DNA from: an uncultured Gemmatimonadales bacterium
GTDB lineage: Bacteria > Gemmatimonadota > Gemmatimonadetes > Longimicrobiales > RSA9
Direction: 5' to 3'
NCBI GenBank assembly: GCA_963741945.1
Contig: CAVUKA010000005.1
Span: 32,001-96,000, forward strand
Length of the DNA: 64,000 nt
Shown: piece by piece, positions 17,582 to 27,942 of the stretch
How the letters are laid out: every line of letters starts with the position of its first letter
Position numbering within the stretch: position 1 is the stretch's first letter
Translations under genes and position numbers: made by a program
The notes under the pieces: generated by a model
Seen by the model: the letters and a program-made list of their open reading frames with translations, nothing else
Told to the model about the DNA's origin: nothing
Database searches by the model: none

Positions 17582-18957
17582 GGCAGGCGCTGGTGGATTT
17601 CGACGGTCCCGATGCCGAGCTCGCGGAGCGGGTCGGCCACGCGCTCCGCGTCGCCGACCACGATCACGGCCATGCGGTCGGGGCGAACGGCCTCGCTGGC
17701 CACGCGCAGCACTTCATTGCGGGAGACGGCCGCGATACGGTCCCGGTAGCTGGCGAAATAGTCGGCGGGAAGGCCGAACACCACGAGCTCCGCCAGCCGA
17801 CCGGCCACCGCCGAGGTGGTCTCGAGGCGGAGCGGGAAGATGCCGCGCAGATAGTCGCGGGCGGCGTCCATCTCGTCGTCGGTGGGGCCATCCTCGCGCA
17901 GCTCGCGGATCTCCGTGAGGATCGCTTCGATCGCGGGGGCGGTCACTTCCGTCGCCACCGCCGCGTCCACGGTGAACGGGCCCGGCTGCCTGCGGAACGC
18001 GAACCCGCTGCGGATGCCGTATGTGTACCCGTGACGCTCGCGCAGGCTCATGTTGAGTCGGCTCGTGAACGCGCCGCCCAGGATCGTGTTCATGACCACG
18101 AGCGGGAAGTAATCGGCCGTGCGGCGGTCCACGCCCACGTGCGCCAGGCGGAGCTCCGACTGCACCGACCCGGGCCGGTCCACCACGTACACCGTGGTCT
18201 CTTCGCGACGCGGGCGGACCCGGAACTCCCCGGCCATGGCCGCTGCGCCGCGCCAGTCGCCGAAGTGCTGCTCCACCACCGCGCGGGCGTGCTCCGGGTC
18301 CACGCGACCCGTGACGATGATGGCGGCGGAGCCGGCGGTGTAGCGCTCGCGGTGAAACGTCCGCAGCTGCTCGGGGCCGAGCGCCCGCACGGTGTCCTCG
18401 CGGCCGATGAGCGGACGGCCGTACGGGACACCGTCGTCGAACACGAAGCGCGCGGCGGCGTCGGAGGCGAGGGCGCCCGGCTCCTTGCGCCGCTGGAGGA
18501 TGTCCGCAAGCTGCTCGTCGCGCAGCCGCTCCACCTGGTCGGCGGGGAAGGACGGGTTGCGCACGACATCCGCGAGCAGCGCCATGGCGGGCTCCAGCCG
18601 GTCCGCGTGGACCGTGATCCCGATGGAGGCCGCATCCCAGCTGGCGGCGGTCTCGATCTCGATGCCGAGACGCTCCAGCTCCCACGCCAGCGCGTCGACA
18701 TCGCGCGTGGTGGTGCCGGCTTCGAGCGCTTCCGCCGTCAGCCGCGCCACCCCAGCCAGCTCCGGCGGCTCGGCATCGGCACCGCCCCGGACGATCACTT
18801 CCGCCGTGACGAGCGGGAGGTCCCCGTGCGACGCCACGAGCAGCTCGGGCGTCTGCTCGCCACCCGGCCGATTGCGATGGACGGTGGGGAAATCGAAGGG
18901 CTTCACCGGGCCGGGCTCCGGCGCGCGGCCGCGGTCCAGCATCGAGCGCGTGCTCAT
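17578..18957 (-). CDS. M16 peptidase, non-catalytic subunit
   Basis: GGAFTSRLNMSLRERHGYTY, lacks HxxEH. Confidence 0.9.
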   Translation of the reverse strand: MSTRSMLDRGRAPEPGPVKPFDFPTVHRNRPGGEQTPELLVASHGDLPLVTAEVIVRGGADAEPPELAGVARLTAEALEAGTTTRDVDALAWELERLGIEIETAASWDAASIGITVHADRLEPAMALLADVVRNPSFPADQVERLRDEQLADILQRRKEPGALASDAAARFVFDDGVPYGRPLIGREDTVRALGPEQLRTFHRERYTAGSAAIIVTGRVDPEHARAVVEQHFGDWRGAAAMAGEFRVRPRREETTVYVVDRPGSVQSELRLAHVGVDRRTADYFPLVVMNTILGGAFTSRLNMSLRERHGYTYGIRSGFAFRRQPGPFTVDAAVATEVTAPAIEAILTEIRELREDGPTDDEMDAARDYLRGIFPLRLETTSAVAGRLAELVVFGLPADYFASYRDRIAAVSRNEVLRVASEAVRPDRMAVIVVGDAERVADPLRELGIGTVEIHQRLP

Positions 18958-20228
18958 GCCTCCCCTCCTTCCGGCACGTAGACCAGCGTGGCGGCGCTGT
19001 CCGCGCCGAGGTGGCGGGCGGCCACGTCACGAACATCCTCCGCACGCACGGCACGGACCCGCCCGATCTCCGTGTTCACCCGTCCCGGGTCATCGAACAG
19101 GCACGTGTGCATCGACAGCTGGTCCGCCCGCTCGCCCGCCTGCTGCAGCTCCTGCAGCTGGCGCGACTCGATCAGGCGGACCGCGCGCGTCACTTCCTGC
19201 TCCTCCACGTCCGACAGCGCCGCCAGCTCCTCATCCAACCCCGCCTCCAGCGCTTCCACGGATACGCCCGGACGCGCCGTGGCCCACACCGCCAGCATCG
19301 CCGCGCCCACCACGATGGGAAACGCGAACGCGGCGACGTCCTGCGCCAGCCGCCGCTCCCGCACCAGCCGCCGCTCCAGCCGCGACGCCTTCCCCCACGC
19401 CAGCACGTGCGCGCCCACGGCCGCGGCATACCAGTCGTCCTCGCCGTACGGGGCGATCCGGTGCGCCCGGTACACGCGCGGCAGCGATATGTCCTGCGTC
19501 TGGACGTCCCGGACCGGGGCCTCGAGCGTGGTCGGGATGGAGGTGCGCCCGGGGACCGACGGAACCGGGTCGCCCGCCGGGATGTCTTCGAAGAAATGGC
19601 GCACGCGCTCGAGCGCGCGGCCCTCGTCCACGTCCCCGCACACCGTCAGCACCGCGTTGTTCGGCCGGTAGTAGGTCCGGAAGAAGGCTTCCACGTCCTC
19701 CAGAGACGCTGCGTCCAGGTCCTCCATCGACCCGATCACCGAGTGATGGTACGGGTGATCCGGGGGGTAGACCATCGCCTGCAGCCGCTCGTCCCAGTCA
19801 CCGTACGGCTGGTTGTCCACTCGCCAGCGCCGCTCGTTCTTCACCACGTCACGCTGGTTGTCCAGCTTCTCCTGGGTCATGGCGTCCAGCAGCCACCCCA
19901 GTCGGTCCGACTCGAGCCACAACCCCAGGTCGAGGTAGTTGGCCGGAAGCGTCTCGAAGTAGTTCGTTCGATCGAGCCACGTGGAGCCGTTCAGCGATCC
20001 GCCCGCCCGCTCGATGAACGCGAAATGCCCCGCCTCCGGCACGTGTCCCGACCCCTGGAACATCATGTGCTCGAACAGGTGCGCGAACCCCGTTCGCCCC
20101 GGCTGCTCATCCCGCGAGCCCACGCGATACCACAGGTTCACCGCCACCACCGGGGCCCCGGGATCGGGAGAAAGGACCACTTCAAGGCCGTTGTCCAGCC
20201 GGTGTCGTGAGAAGGGTATTTCGATCAT
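18954..20228 (-). CDS. M16 peptidase, catalytic subunit
   Basis: TGFAHLFEHMMF (HxxEH), NGST..DRTNY, VVKNERR. Confidence 0.93.
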   Translation of the reverse strand: MIEIPFSRHRLDNGLEVVLSPDPGAPVVAVNLWYRVGSRDEQPGRTGFAHLFEHMMFQGSGHVPEAGHFAFIERAGGSLNGSTWLDRTNYFETLPANYLDLGLWLESDRLGWLLDAMTQEKLDNQRDVVKNERRWRVDNQPYGDWDERLQAMVYPPDHPYHHSVIGSMEDLDAASLEDVEAFFRTYYRPNNAVLTVCGDVDEGRALERVRHFFEDIPAGDPVPSVPGRTSIPTTLEAPVRDVQTQDISLPRVYRAHRIAPYGEDDWYAAAVGAHVLAWGKASRLERRLVRERRLAQDVAAFAFPIVVGAAMLAVWATARPGVSVEALEAGLDEELAALSDVEEQEVTRAVRLIESRQLQELQQAGERADQLSMHTCLFDDPGRVNTEIGRVRAVRAEDVRDVAARHLGADSAATLVYVPEGGEA

Positions 20229-20322
20229 TGTAGCGCCTCGACGGGAAGAGCTCGACGAGGCGGAAACGTAGACGCAACGCGCGCCGCCGGGCAACCCATG
20301 CCCGACGACGCGCGCTCATGCC

Positions 20323-20712
20323 TCACCGCACCGCATAGCTCGACAGCGGGAGGTAGTTCTCCAGTGTCCAGTAGACCGCGTCGCCCGGCTGCACCATGAT
20401 CTGGTCCGTGGTCCGCGCAGCGTCCGACCCGATCAGCTCGGCCCGCAGCTGCACGCTCCCCGGCCGCATGTCCCCCGGCGGGACCGTGAACCGCTTCGTG
20501 TGCATGCTCGTTACAGTCCCCAGCCGCACCCAGGGACCCTCGCCCACCGCGTAGATGGTCGCGTCCTGCCAGTTGTCGTTCTGGACCACCACCCCCACCC
20601 CGTCACTCATGGTGGCTTCCGCGTTTCTCCCACCCGTGAATGTCGAACAACCTGTCACGCCCACTGCCAGAACCAGTGCGCCCAGGACCGCACTCCTCGT
20701 GTGTTGCCACAT
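20323..20712 (-). CDS. Small lipoprotein
   Basis: Lipobox VTGC, RBS GGAGG, beta-rich mature part. Confidence 0.8.
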   Translation of the reverse strand: MWQHTRSAVLGALVLAVGVTGCSTFTGGRNAEATMSDGVGVVVQNDNWQDATIYAVGEGPWVRLGTVTSMHTKRFTVPPGDMRPGSVQLRAELIGSDAARTTDQIMVQPGDAVYWTLENYLPLSSYAVR

Positions 20713-20789
20713 ACGTCTTCACCCTCCATCACAAACGAGAAAGGGACCCGCGTTCACGGGCCCCTTCACCTCTTCATTGTCTTGCCATG

Positions 20790-20805
20790 TGCATGGGTCG
20801 TGCCG
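20790..20805 (-). promoter_or_regulatory. sigma54 promoter of the lipoprotein gene
   Basis: Minus strand CGGCACGACCCATGCA (GG-N10-GC). Confidence 0.55.
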
Positions 20806-20901
20806 GCCCGTCTCCGGTAGATCCAGTGGCGACACATGCCCGTCGCTCCAATGCATTTGGGGGCCCGAATGCCTGATAAGACGCGCCTGATCACGATAGC
20901 A

Positions 20902-20930
20902 TTGACTTGGATCGCGTCTGCACCCATTTT
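20902..20930 (+). promoter_or_regulatory. Putative sigma70 promoter for susC
   Basis: TTGACT-17 nt-CATTTT. Confidence 0.45.
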
Positions 20931-20976
20931 GGCGGGCCTCCCCGCGCACGGCTCTCCATGGCGGCGGAGATTGATG

Positions 20977-21158
20977 CTGTCCAGGGCCGTGGCACACCGT
21001 TCACGCGCCCACCCGAGGACGGCCGGACAGACGGAGCGCCGAGGCCCCTTGCGGCGGTCCCTGGATTTCTGCGATGCAGCAGGCTCGCCCACGCGAAACC
21101 GGCGAATGTGCCGGCTCCCGCGCCGCGGTCCCGTACCGGAGGCGAGCCTTTTTGCATC
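20977..21158 (+). ncRNA. Candidate structured cis-regulatory leader RNA
   Basis: Alternative stems and a multi-branch junction closed by AGGCTCGCC/GGCGAGCCT, followed by a T run. Confidence 0.4.
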
Positions 21159-21345
21159 CAGCGGGGCCATCCCGGGCCACCGCGAAGGCATCATCGGCCC
21201 ATTTCACCGCGCGCAGACTCGCGCCAGAACGGGATCCCGGACAGAGGAGACACGAGCCAGTCGAACGAACCAGCCTTGAAGAGAGCTGGCGGGGTGAAGT
21301 GCGCCTGCCGGTCCTGCAACGAACAAGAGCTACAAAGGAAGAACG

Positions 21346-24300
21346 ATGAGACTTGGAAGTCTGAAGGCCGTAGCGGCCCTTGCCGTGGTGCTGGCGGGGC
21401 TGAGCATGGCCGCGACGCCCCTCGTCGCACAGTCGACGGGAACGATCCGGGGGCAGGTTGTGGAGAGCTCGACGCAGCGCCCGATGGCGGGTGTGCAGGT
21501 GGCGATCCCGGACACGCGCCAGGGAGCGCTGACGAACCAGCAGGGGAACTACCTCATCATGAACGTGCCGGTCGGGAGCCATCCCGTATCGGTACAGATC
21601 ATCGGGTATGCCACGGTGGAGGCCACCGTGGAAGTGCAGGCCGGGCAGGCGACGGATCTGAACTTCACGCTGAGCCAGTCGGCGATCCAGCTGGACGGGC
21701 TGGTGGTGACGGGGACGCCGGGGGCCACGCAGAAGCGGGCGCTGGGCAACACGGTGAGCACCATCGCGGCGGAGGAGCTGACGGACGTGACGCCGATCAC
21801 GACGGTGTCGCAGATGCTGGAAGGCCGCACGCCCGGGCTGACGGTGATGGCCGCGTCCGGGCAGGTGGGCACGGCGCCGAACATCCGGATCCGCGGGGCG
21901 AGCTCGTTGAACGCGGGGATCCAGCCGGTCTTCTACGTGGACGGCGTGCGGGTGAACTCGTCATCGCAGGGCGGCTACGGCACCAGCAACAACACGGTGC
22001 GTGAGACGTCGGCGCTGGATAACCTGAACCCGCAGGACATCGAGTCCATCGAGGTGATCAAGGGCCCGGCGGCGGCCACGCTGTATGGCGCGGACGCGGC
22101 GGCGGGCGTGATCCAGATCATCACGAAGAAGGGGCGCGCGGGTCAGCAGGACGTGGAGTGGGCCGGTCGCGTGGAGTACGGTCAGAGCGACTGGGCGCTC
22201 GACATGAAGACGAACTACACGCTGTGCACGGATGCGCGGATCAACGACTCGCGCCACCGGTGGCCCGGCTGTGAGGGGATGGACCCGAACGCGGACTGGC
22301 AGAGCCGTCTGCTGACGGGGCAGCCGTTGAGGGACGACAACGTGCTCCGCAATGGCGCGGTGACGAACTACCATCTCTCGGCACGCGGCGGTGGCGACCG
22401 CTACTCGTTCTACCTGGCCGGTGACAAGGGTTCGGAAGAGGGCGTGTTCCCGAACAACTACTTCAACCGGACGAACGGCCGGGCGAACTTCACGATCCTG
22501 CCGTACGAGTCGCTGACGCTGCAGTTCTCGACGCAGTACAGCCAGAGCGAGAGCCAGCAGCCGAACAACGACAACTCGTCGAACGGCTGGCTGCGCAACG
22601 CGTACCGCGGTCTTCCCGGCAACGACGCGCCGTGGGCGCCGGGCTGGCGGGGGCTCGGTCCCGAGCAGATCGCCATGTACGACAACTCGATCAAGAACGA
22701 GCGGTGGATCCTGGGCGCGACGGCGGACTACAAGCCGTTCGACTGGTTCCGTCACCACCTGACGGTGGGCATGGACGCCGGTCAGCGCATCAACACGCTG
22801 TTCTACCCCATCGACCGGACGGGGCGCGCGCCGTTCGGCGCCAGCAACGCCAACGGCTACATCGCCCAGTACATGCCCGCCACGCGGGACTACACGGTGG
22901 ACTATTCCGGTACGATCGACACCGGTCTCCCGTTCGGTGAGGACATCACGTCGTCGCTGTCGTTCGGGATGCAGTACCTGACGCAGTACTTCCACTCGCC
23001 CGAGATCGTGGGCGAGGGGCTGGTGGCCGACCCGGTCCGGCTGGTGAGCAACGCGGCCACGACGCGGGCGTACGAGGGCCGGACGGAGCAGAAGTCCCTG
23101 GGCTTCTTCGCCCAGGAGCAGATCGGGTGGAAGAACCGCCGCTTCATCACGGCGGGGCTGCGCGTGGACGACCACTCGGCGTTCGGGCGCAACTTCTCCC
23201 TCATCTACTACCCGAAGGTCGCCGGCTCGTGGGTGATCTCTGAGGAGCCCTTCTTCAACTTCGACTTCATCAACAACCTGCGGCTGCGCGCCTCCTACGG
23301 GCAGGCGGGCAACGCGCCGGCGCCGTTCACGGCGGACCGGACGTACGGCGCGTCGAGCGTCATCCTCGAGGATGGCAGCATCGCCTCCGCGCTGATCCCG
23401 GACTCCTACGGCAACCCGGACCTGAAGGCGGAGCGGGGCGAGGAGTACGAGGCCGGCTTCGACGCGTCGTTCCTCAATGACGCCGTCGGCGTGGAGGTCA
23501 CGTACTACAACAACACGACGAAGGACGCGCTGATCACCGTGCCGGTGGCGCCGTCCACGGGCTTCACGGGCTCGCGCTGGGAGAACATCGGCGAGATCCA
23601 CAACACGGGGCTGGAGCTGTCCGTGTTCGGCACGCCGATCCGCAAGCCGACGTTCTCGTGGGACGTGCGGGTGGGCCTGTCCACGAACCACAACGAGCTG
23701 GTCTCGCTGGGCGGCTCCCGTGACTTCATCCCGGTGGGCTACCGGAGCGTGCAGCGCCACCAGGAGGGCTTCCCCCTGGCCGGCTACTGGGCCGAGCAGA
23801 TCCTGTACAACGCCGACGGTACGGTGATGCGGGATGCGGGCGGGGACATCATGCTGAGCGACACCATGGACTACGTGGGTCCGTCGGTGCCCACGCGTGA
23901 GGCATCGCTGACGAACACGTTCACGGTGTTCCACAACCTGTCCCTGTACACGTTCATGGACTACAAGGGCGGGCACTACCTGTTCAACATGGGCGGCCAG
24001 ACGGCCGTGTGGGACGGCAACGCGAAGATCGCCAACGACCCCACCGTGACGGACGACGAGTGGGATGTGGCGTACGACGGCGGCAACCGTCCGTACCTGG
24101 AGAAGGCCGACTACGTGAAGCTGCGCGAGGTGTCGCTCCGTTACTCCCTGCCCACGCGCTGGGCAAGCCTGTTCCGGACGAACTCCATGTCGTTCACGCT
24201 CGCCGGCCGCAACCTGGCGCTGTGGACGAAGTACAGCGGGAGCGACCCCGAGGTGAACATCGGTGGATCGTCGAACTCCACGCGGGCCGACTACATGTCC

Positions 24301-24348
24301 GTGCCGATGATGCGCCAGTTCTCGGCTTCCATCGACTTCCGCTTCTAG
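21346..24348 (+). CDS. SusC/RagA TonB-dependent outer membrane transporter
   Basis: N-terminal carboxypeptidase-regulatory-like domain, plug IRIRG, DIESIEVIKGPAAATLYG, GNPDLK.E, KLREVSL, C-terminal F. Confidence 0.95.
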   Translation: MRLGSLKAVAALAVVLAGLSMAATPLVAQSTGTIRGQVVESSTQRPMAGVQVAIPDTRQGALTNQQGNYLIMNVPVGSHPVSVQIIGYATVEATVEVQAGQATDLNFTLSQSAIQLDGLVVTGTPGATQKRALGNTVSTIAAEELTDVTPITTVSQMLEGRTPGLTVMAASGQVGTAPNIRIRGASSLNAGIQPVFYVDGVRVNSSSQGGYGTSNNTVRETSALDNLNPQDIESIEVIKGPAAATLYGADAAAGVIQIITKKGRAGQQDVEWAGRVEYGQSDWALDMKTNYTLCTDARINDSRHRWPGCEGMDPNADWQSRLLTGQPLRDDNVLRNGAVTNYHLSARGGGDRYSFYLAGDKGSEEGVFPNNYFNRTNGRANFTILPYESLTLQFSTQYSQSESQQPNNDNSSNGWLRNAYRGLPGNDAPWAPGWRGLGPEQIAMYDNSIKNERWILGATADYKPFDWFRHHLTVGMDAGQRINTLFYPIDRTGRAPFGASNANGYIAQYMPATRDYTVDYSGTIDTGLPFGEDITSSLSFGMQYLTQYFHSPEIVGEGLVADPVRLVSNAATTRAYEGRTEQKSLGFFAQEQIGWKNRRFITAGLRVDDHSAFGRNFSLIYYPKVAGSWVISEEPFFNFDFINNLRLRASYGQAGNAPAPFTADRTYGASSVILEDGSIASALIPDSYGNPDLKAERGEEYEAGFDASFLNDAVGVEVTYYNNTTKDALITVPVAPSTGFTGSRWENIGEIHNTGLELSVFGTPIRKPTFSWDVRVGLSTNHNELVSLGGSRDFIPVGYRSVQRHQEGFPLAGYWAEQILYNADGTVMRDAGGDIMLSDTMDYVGPSVPTREASLTNTFTVFHNLSLYTFMDYKGGHYLFNMGGQTAVWDGNAKIANDPTVTDDEWDVAYDGGNRPYLEKADYVKLREVSLRYSLPTRWASLFRTNSMSFTLAGRNLALWTKYSGSDPEVNIGGSSNSTRADYMSVPMMRQFSASIDFRF

Positions 24349-24368
24349 TGCCGACCATGAGAGAAGAA

Positions 24369-25664
24369 ATGACGATGTCTAGACTTTTCGCACGACGAGC
24401 GGCGATCGGCGCGGCCGTCATCGGCCTCGCCGCAGGCCTGGGCGGCTGCGACTCCATGCTCGACGTGGAGAATCCGGGCGCCATCAACGAGGCGAACGTC
24501 ACCGACCCGGACTTCGCGCCGCAGATGATGAACGCGGCGATCAACACGTTCCAGGAGAACTTCGGCTTCCTGATCTGGGCGGGGGCGATCTTCACGGACG
24601 AGGCGGTGAACGGTCACAACTACGAGCAGTGGCAGGACCTCGACCTCCGCATCGTGGAGGACGACAACTCGCAGCTGTCGGTGATCTACGAGGACCTGCA
24701 GCAGGCCCGCGCCACGGGCGATGACATGGTGGCGCGCCTGCGCGATGTGGTGGAGAACCCGTCCAGCAGCCTGGAGCTGGCCACGGCCCTGACGTACACG
24801 GGCATCTCCTACACCTTCCTGGCCGAGTACTTCTGCTACGCGCCGGTGGAGGCGGACGGGGAGGCGATCCGGTCGGACGCCATCTTCCTGAAGGCGGTGG
24901 AGCGCTTCGATGAGGCGATCCAGATCGCGCAGGGGTTGGGCGCGGACGGCGCCCACATCCTGAACCTGGCCCGGATGGGCGCGGCTCGCGCTTCCCTCGG
25001 TGCCGGCAACCTGTCGGCCGCGTCGTCGTACGCGCAGGCGGTTCCGGCCGACTTCGTGGTGTGGGTCCGTCATACCGACAGCCCCACCGCGCTGCGCAAC
25101 TACTTGTGGGGCCAGACGACGGGGACGAACACGACCATCGGCGTGGACGTGAAGTTCCGCGGGCTCAACGACACGCGCGTGCGGCACGCGGCGAACGCCA
25201 CCACGGGGCACAATCAGAAGACGCTCCTGTGGCTCCCGTTCCAGGGTGAGTCGTATGACGGCTGGACGGCCGATGGGCCGGATGCGCCGTTCGCGGCCAA
25301 CACCTCCATCCGGCTCGCGTCGGGGCTGGAGGCTCGCTACATCGTGGCCGAGGCCGGCGGAATGTCCGACACCGCGCTCCGCGCGTTCATCGACGAGCGC
25401 CGTGCCGTGGGCGGTCAGGACCCGTTCACCGGCACCGACCTCGCGGCGGAGCTGCGCGATCAGCGGCGGCGCGACTTCTTCCTCGACGGGCATCGCCTCG
25501 GCGACATCCGGCGCTATCTCGGCGCCTATGGCGTGAACGAGTTCCCGACCGGGCCGCACCCGAACGATGCCGACTGGGGCTGGGGCAACTACGGGACGGC
25601 CACCTGCTTCATCCCTCATCGGGACGAGTCGGTGGGCAACCCGAACTACCGGCCGCTCGACTGA
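24369..25664 (+). CDS. RagB/SusD family lipoprotein
   Basis: Lipobox LGGC, QRRRDFFLDGHRLGDIRR, directly after susC. Alternative starts at 24357 and 24375. Confidence 0.9.
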   Translation: MTMSRLFARRAAIGAAVIGLAAGLGGCDSMLDVENPGAINEANVTDPDFAPQMMNAAINTFQENFGFLIWAGAIFTDEAVNGHNYEQWQDLDLRIVEDDNSQLSVIYEDLQQARATGDDMVARLRDVVENPSSSLELATALTYTGISYTFLAEYFCYAPVEADGEAIRSDAIFLKAVERFDEAIQIAQGLGADGAHILNLARMGAARASLGAGNLSAASSYAQAVPADFVVWVRHTDSPTALRNYLWGQTTGTNTTIGVDVKFRGLNDTRVRHAANATTGHNQKTLLWLPFQGESYDGWTADGPDAPFAANTSIRLASGLEARYIVAEAGGMSDTALRAFIDERRAVGGQDPFTGTDLAAELRDQRRRDFFLDGHRLGDIRRYLGAYGVNEFPTGPHPNDADWGWGNYGTATCFIPHRDESVGNPNYRPLD

Positions 25665-25695
25665 CGAGAGAGCCGGCAGAGAGCGGGAATGAAGG

Positions 25696-25725
25696 AGGCC
25701 CGGCGAGCGCGAGCTCGCCGGGCCT
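25696..25725. terminator. Hairpin between convergent genes
   Basis: AGGCCCGGCGAGC-GCGA-GCTCGCCGGGCCT, 13-bp stem. Confidence 0.7.
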
Positions 25726-25752
25726 TCCCCGTTCCGGCTGCGCGCGCCCGGC

Positions 25753-26628
25753 TCAGAGCGGCTGCGCCAGACGCTCCCGCAGCACCGAGGGTCCAATGCT
25801 CGTCTTGAGCAGGCGAACCGCCGCGTCCTGACCGGACCGGATGGCGCTCTCGGCTTCCTCCAGCATCTTGATGTCCGCCCCCTCCACCGCGTACTCGGAC
25901 CTCGCCAGGAGGTCCTCGGCCGCCTCCTCCCAGCCGACGCTCGCGGCGGCCAGGGAGCCGATGATCATCGCCTCGCCGTCATCCTCCCGCTCCTGCGCGG
26001 CGCGCACGAGCTCCTCCGCAGCCTCCTCCATCCGCTCGAGCTCCGAGAGGACCAGGCCGTGGAGCAGGCGAGTCCAGGAGTCGTCGGGAGCGAGGACGAG
26101 GGCCTCCTCTAGCTCGAGCGATCCCTCCTCGGCCGCGCCGCGAAGGACGTGGGCCGCGCCGAGCTCGGCGCGGACAATGGGATCCTCGGGCGTGATGTCG
26201 CGGGCGGCCCGCAGCTGCTCGAGCGCCTCGTCGAACAGCCCCCGCCGGGAAAGGAATGCGCCGTAGTTCAGCCGGGCCAGCGGCAGGTCCGGAGCGGAGA
26301 GCGCGGCCGTCCGCAGCGCCGGCTCCGCATCAGGGTCGTCGAACTCGGCGAGCCCCGCCCCGGCCAGCGACAGGACGTGGGGATCGGTGGGTTCCTGGTC
26401 GACGCAGCGGCGGAACGCCTCGTACGCCGCGCCATCGTTCCCCAGCTCGCTTTCGGCGACCCCGAGCCAGCACAGGAGGTGCGGATCGTCCTCGTCGCGG
26501 TCGAGGCCATCGGCCAGGAGCTGCGCCATCTCCTCCCAGCGCCCCTCCTCTCCGAGCCCCAGCGCCTGCTGCAGGATGGCCTCCACCTCGCCCGTGGCTT
26601 CACCACCGTTGGCGCCGCGGGCACTCAT
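25753..26628 (-). CDS. Acidic TPR-repeat protein
   Basis: Repeated TPR patterns (ARLNYGAFL, ALVLAPDD). ATGA overlap with apgM. Confidence 0.85.
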   Translation of the reverse strand: MSARGANGGEATGEVEAILQQALGLGEEGRWEEMAQLLADGLDRDEDDPHLLCWLGVAESELGNDGAAYEAFRRCVDQEPTDPHVLSLAGAGLAEFDDPDAEPALRTAALSAPDLPLARLNYGAFLSRRGLFDEALEQLRAARDITPEDPIVRAELGAAHVLRGAAEEGSLELEEALVLAPDDSWTRLLHGLVLSELERMEEAAEELVRAAQEREDDGEAMIIGSLAAASVGWEEAAEDLLARSEYAVEGADIKMLEEAESAIRSGQDAAVRLLKTSIGPSVLRERLAQPL

Positions 26629-27833
26629 GCGCCGAACTTCGCCAGCCGGAGGGCGTGCGCCAGCGCCAGCGTCATGAGGTGCCGGGCTTCGAAGATGCCG
26701 AGCTCGCCCCGGAGGCAGGCGCGCTCGCCGAAGCCGTCCACGTCGATGGGCCGGCACCATGGCGAAGCGATCATCACGGGCACCGGATGCCAGGAGTGGG
26801 CCCCGAGCCGGGCGGGTGTTGAGTGGTCACCCGTGACCACGATGACGTCGGGCTCCAGCGCCTCGACATCGGCCACCAGGGCATCCACGGCTTCGATGGC
26901 CGCCACCTTGGCGTCGAAGTCCCCGTCCTCGCCGCGGCTGTCCGTGTACTTGAAGTGGACGAAGGCGAAGTCGTGGCTCCCGAGCTGGCGAGCGAGCACG
27001 TCGATGCTCCCGGCGTCCGTGTCCGCGGCCGGGGCGATGTCCATGCCCAGGAGCCGCGCGACCCCGCGGTACATCGGGTATCGAGCGATGCACACCGCGC
27101 GGAGGCCGAAGCGCTCCTGGAGCGATGGATAGCGGTGGAAATTCGCGAAGCCGCGGGCCAGCACGCCGTTCGCCACCGGCTCGTCCTTCAGCACCGCGTT
27201 GGCCTGGTCCAGCACCGCCTGCACCGCGCGCGCCGTCCGCTCGCCATCGGGCGATGTCGGCTTCAGCGGCAGCGGCGGCACGCCCGTCTCCTGCGGGTCC
27301 GTGTCGGCCAGGTCCTCGGACAGGTTGGCGCCGCGCAGCACGAGCACCACACGGTGCTCCTTCTCCGATTCCCAGAACACTTCGACGCCGCCGACCTGGC
27401 TGACGGCCTCACGGAGCCGGGCGACGATGCGCGCGTTCTCCGCGTCCGAGGGCCGCCCCGCGCGCCGGTCCGCCACGTTCCCCTCGGCGTCGAAGGTGGC
27501 CAGGTTCAGGCGTGCCGCCAGGTCGCCGTGCTGGAGGTGGAAGTCCACGCCGAGCGCGCTGAGCACGCCCCGCCCGATGTTGTACCGCACCGGGTCGTAG
27601 CCGAACAGCGCCAGGTGGCCGGGACCACTGCCGGGGGCGATGCCCGGGGCCACGGGGGTGATCAATCCCAGCGCCGAGCGCTTCGCCAGGCGGTCCAGGT
27701 TCGGGGTCCGGGCCGTTTCCAGCTCCGTGCGGCCCGTCCGCTCGTTCGGGAGCCCGCCCAGCCCGTCCATGACCAGGTACACGATCTTGCCGCCATCCCG
27801 CTCGACGACGGCGTCGGGGAGAGTCACGTCCAT
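26625..27833 (-). CDS. apgM: 2,3-BPG-independent phosphoglycerate mutase (ApgM type)
   Basis: MDGLGG, LETARTPNLD, PGSGPGHLALFGYDP, HFKYTD..GEDG, TGDHSTP..HSWHPVP. Confidence 0.92.
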   Translation of the reverse strand: MDVTLPDAVVERDGGKIVYLVMDGLGGLPNERTGRTELETARTPNLDRLAKRSALGLITPVAPGIAPGSGPGHLALFGYDPVRYNIGRGVLSALGVDFHLQHGDLAARLNLATFDAEGNVADRRAGRPSDAENARIVARLREAVSQVGGVEVFWESEKEHRVVLVLRGANLSEDLADTDPQETGVPPLPLKPTSPDGERTARAVQAVLDQANAVLKDEPVANGVLARGFANFHRYPSLQERFGLRAVCIARYPMYRGVARLLGMDIAPAADTDAGSIDVLARQLGSHDFAFVHFKYTDSRGEDGDFDAKVAAIEAVDALVADVEALEPDVIVVTGDHSTPARLGAHSWHPVPVMIASPWCRPIDVDGFGERACLRGELGIFEARHLMTLALAHALRLAKFGA

Positions 27834-27942
27834 CGGTCGCTCCGCTCGAATCTTGGTGTCTTCCGGTCCCGTCCGCAGCGTGCACGGTCCGGGCCGGAAA
27901 AGGTAGGGGAGCGGGTTCCCCGGTGACAGGGGCGGGAGTGGG

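Noticed and set aside
20860-21320. Known riboswitch (cobalamin, TPP, c-di-GMP-I) ahead of the TonB receptor
   Set aside because: Core consensus strings were not found by eye. Kept only as an unclassified structured leader.
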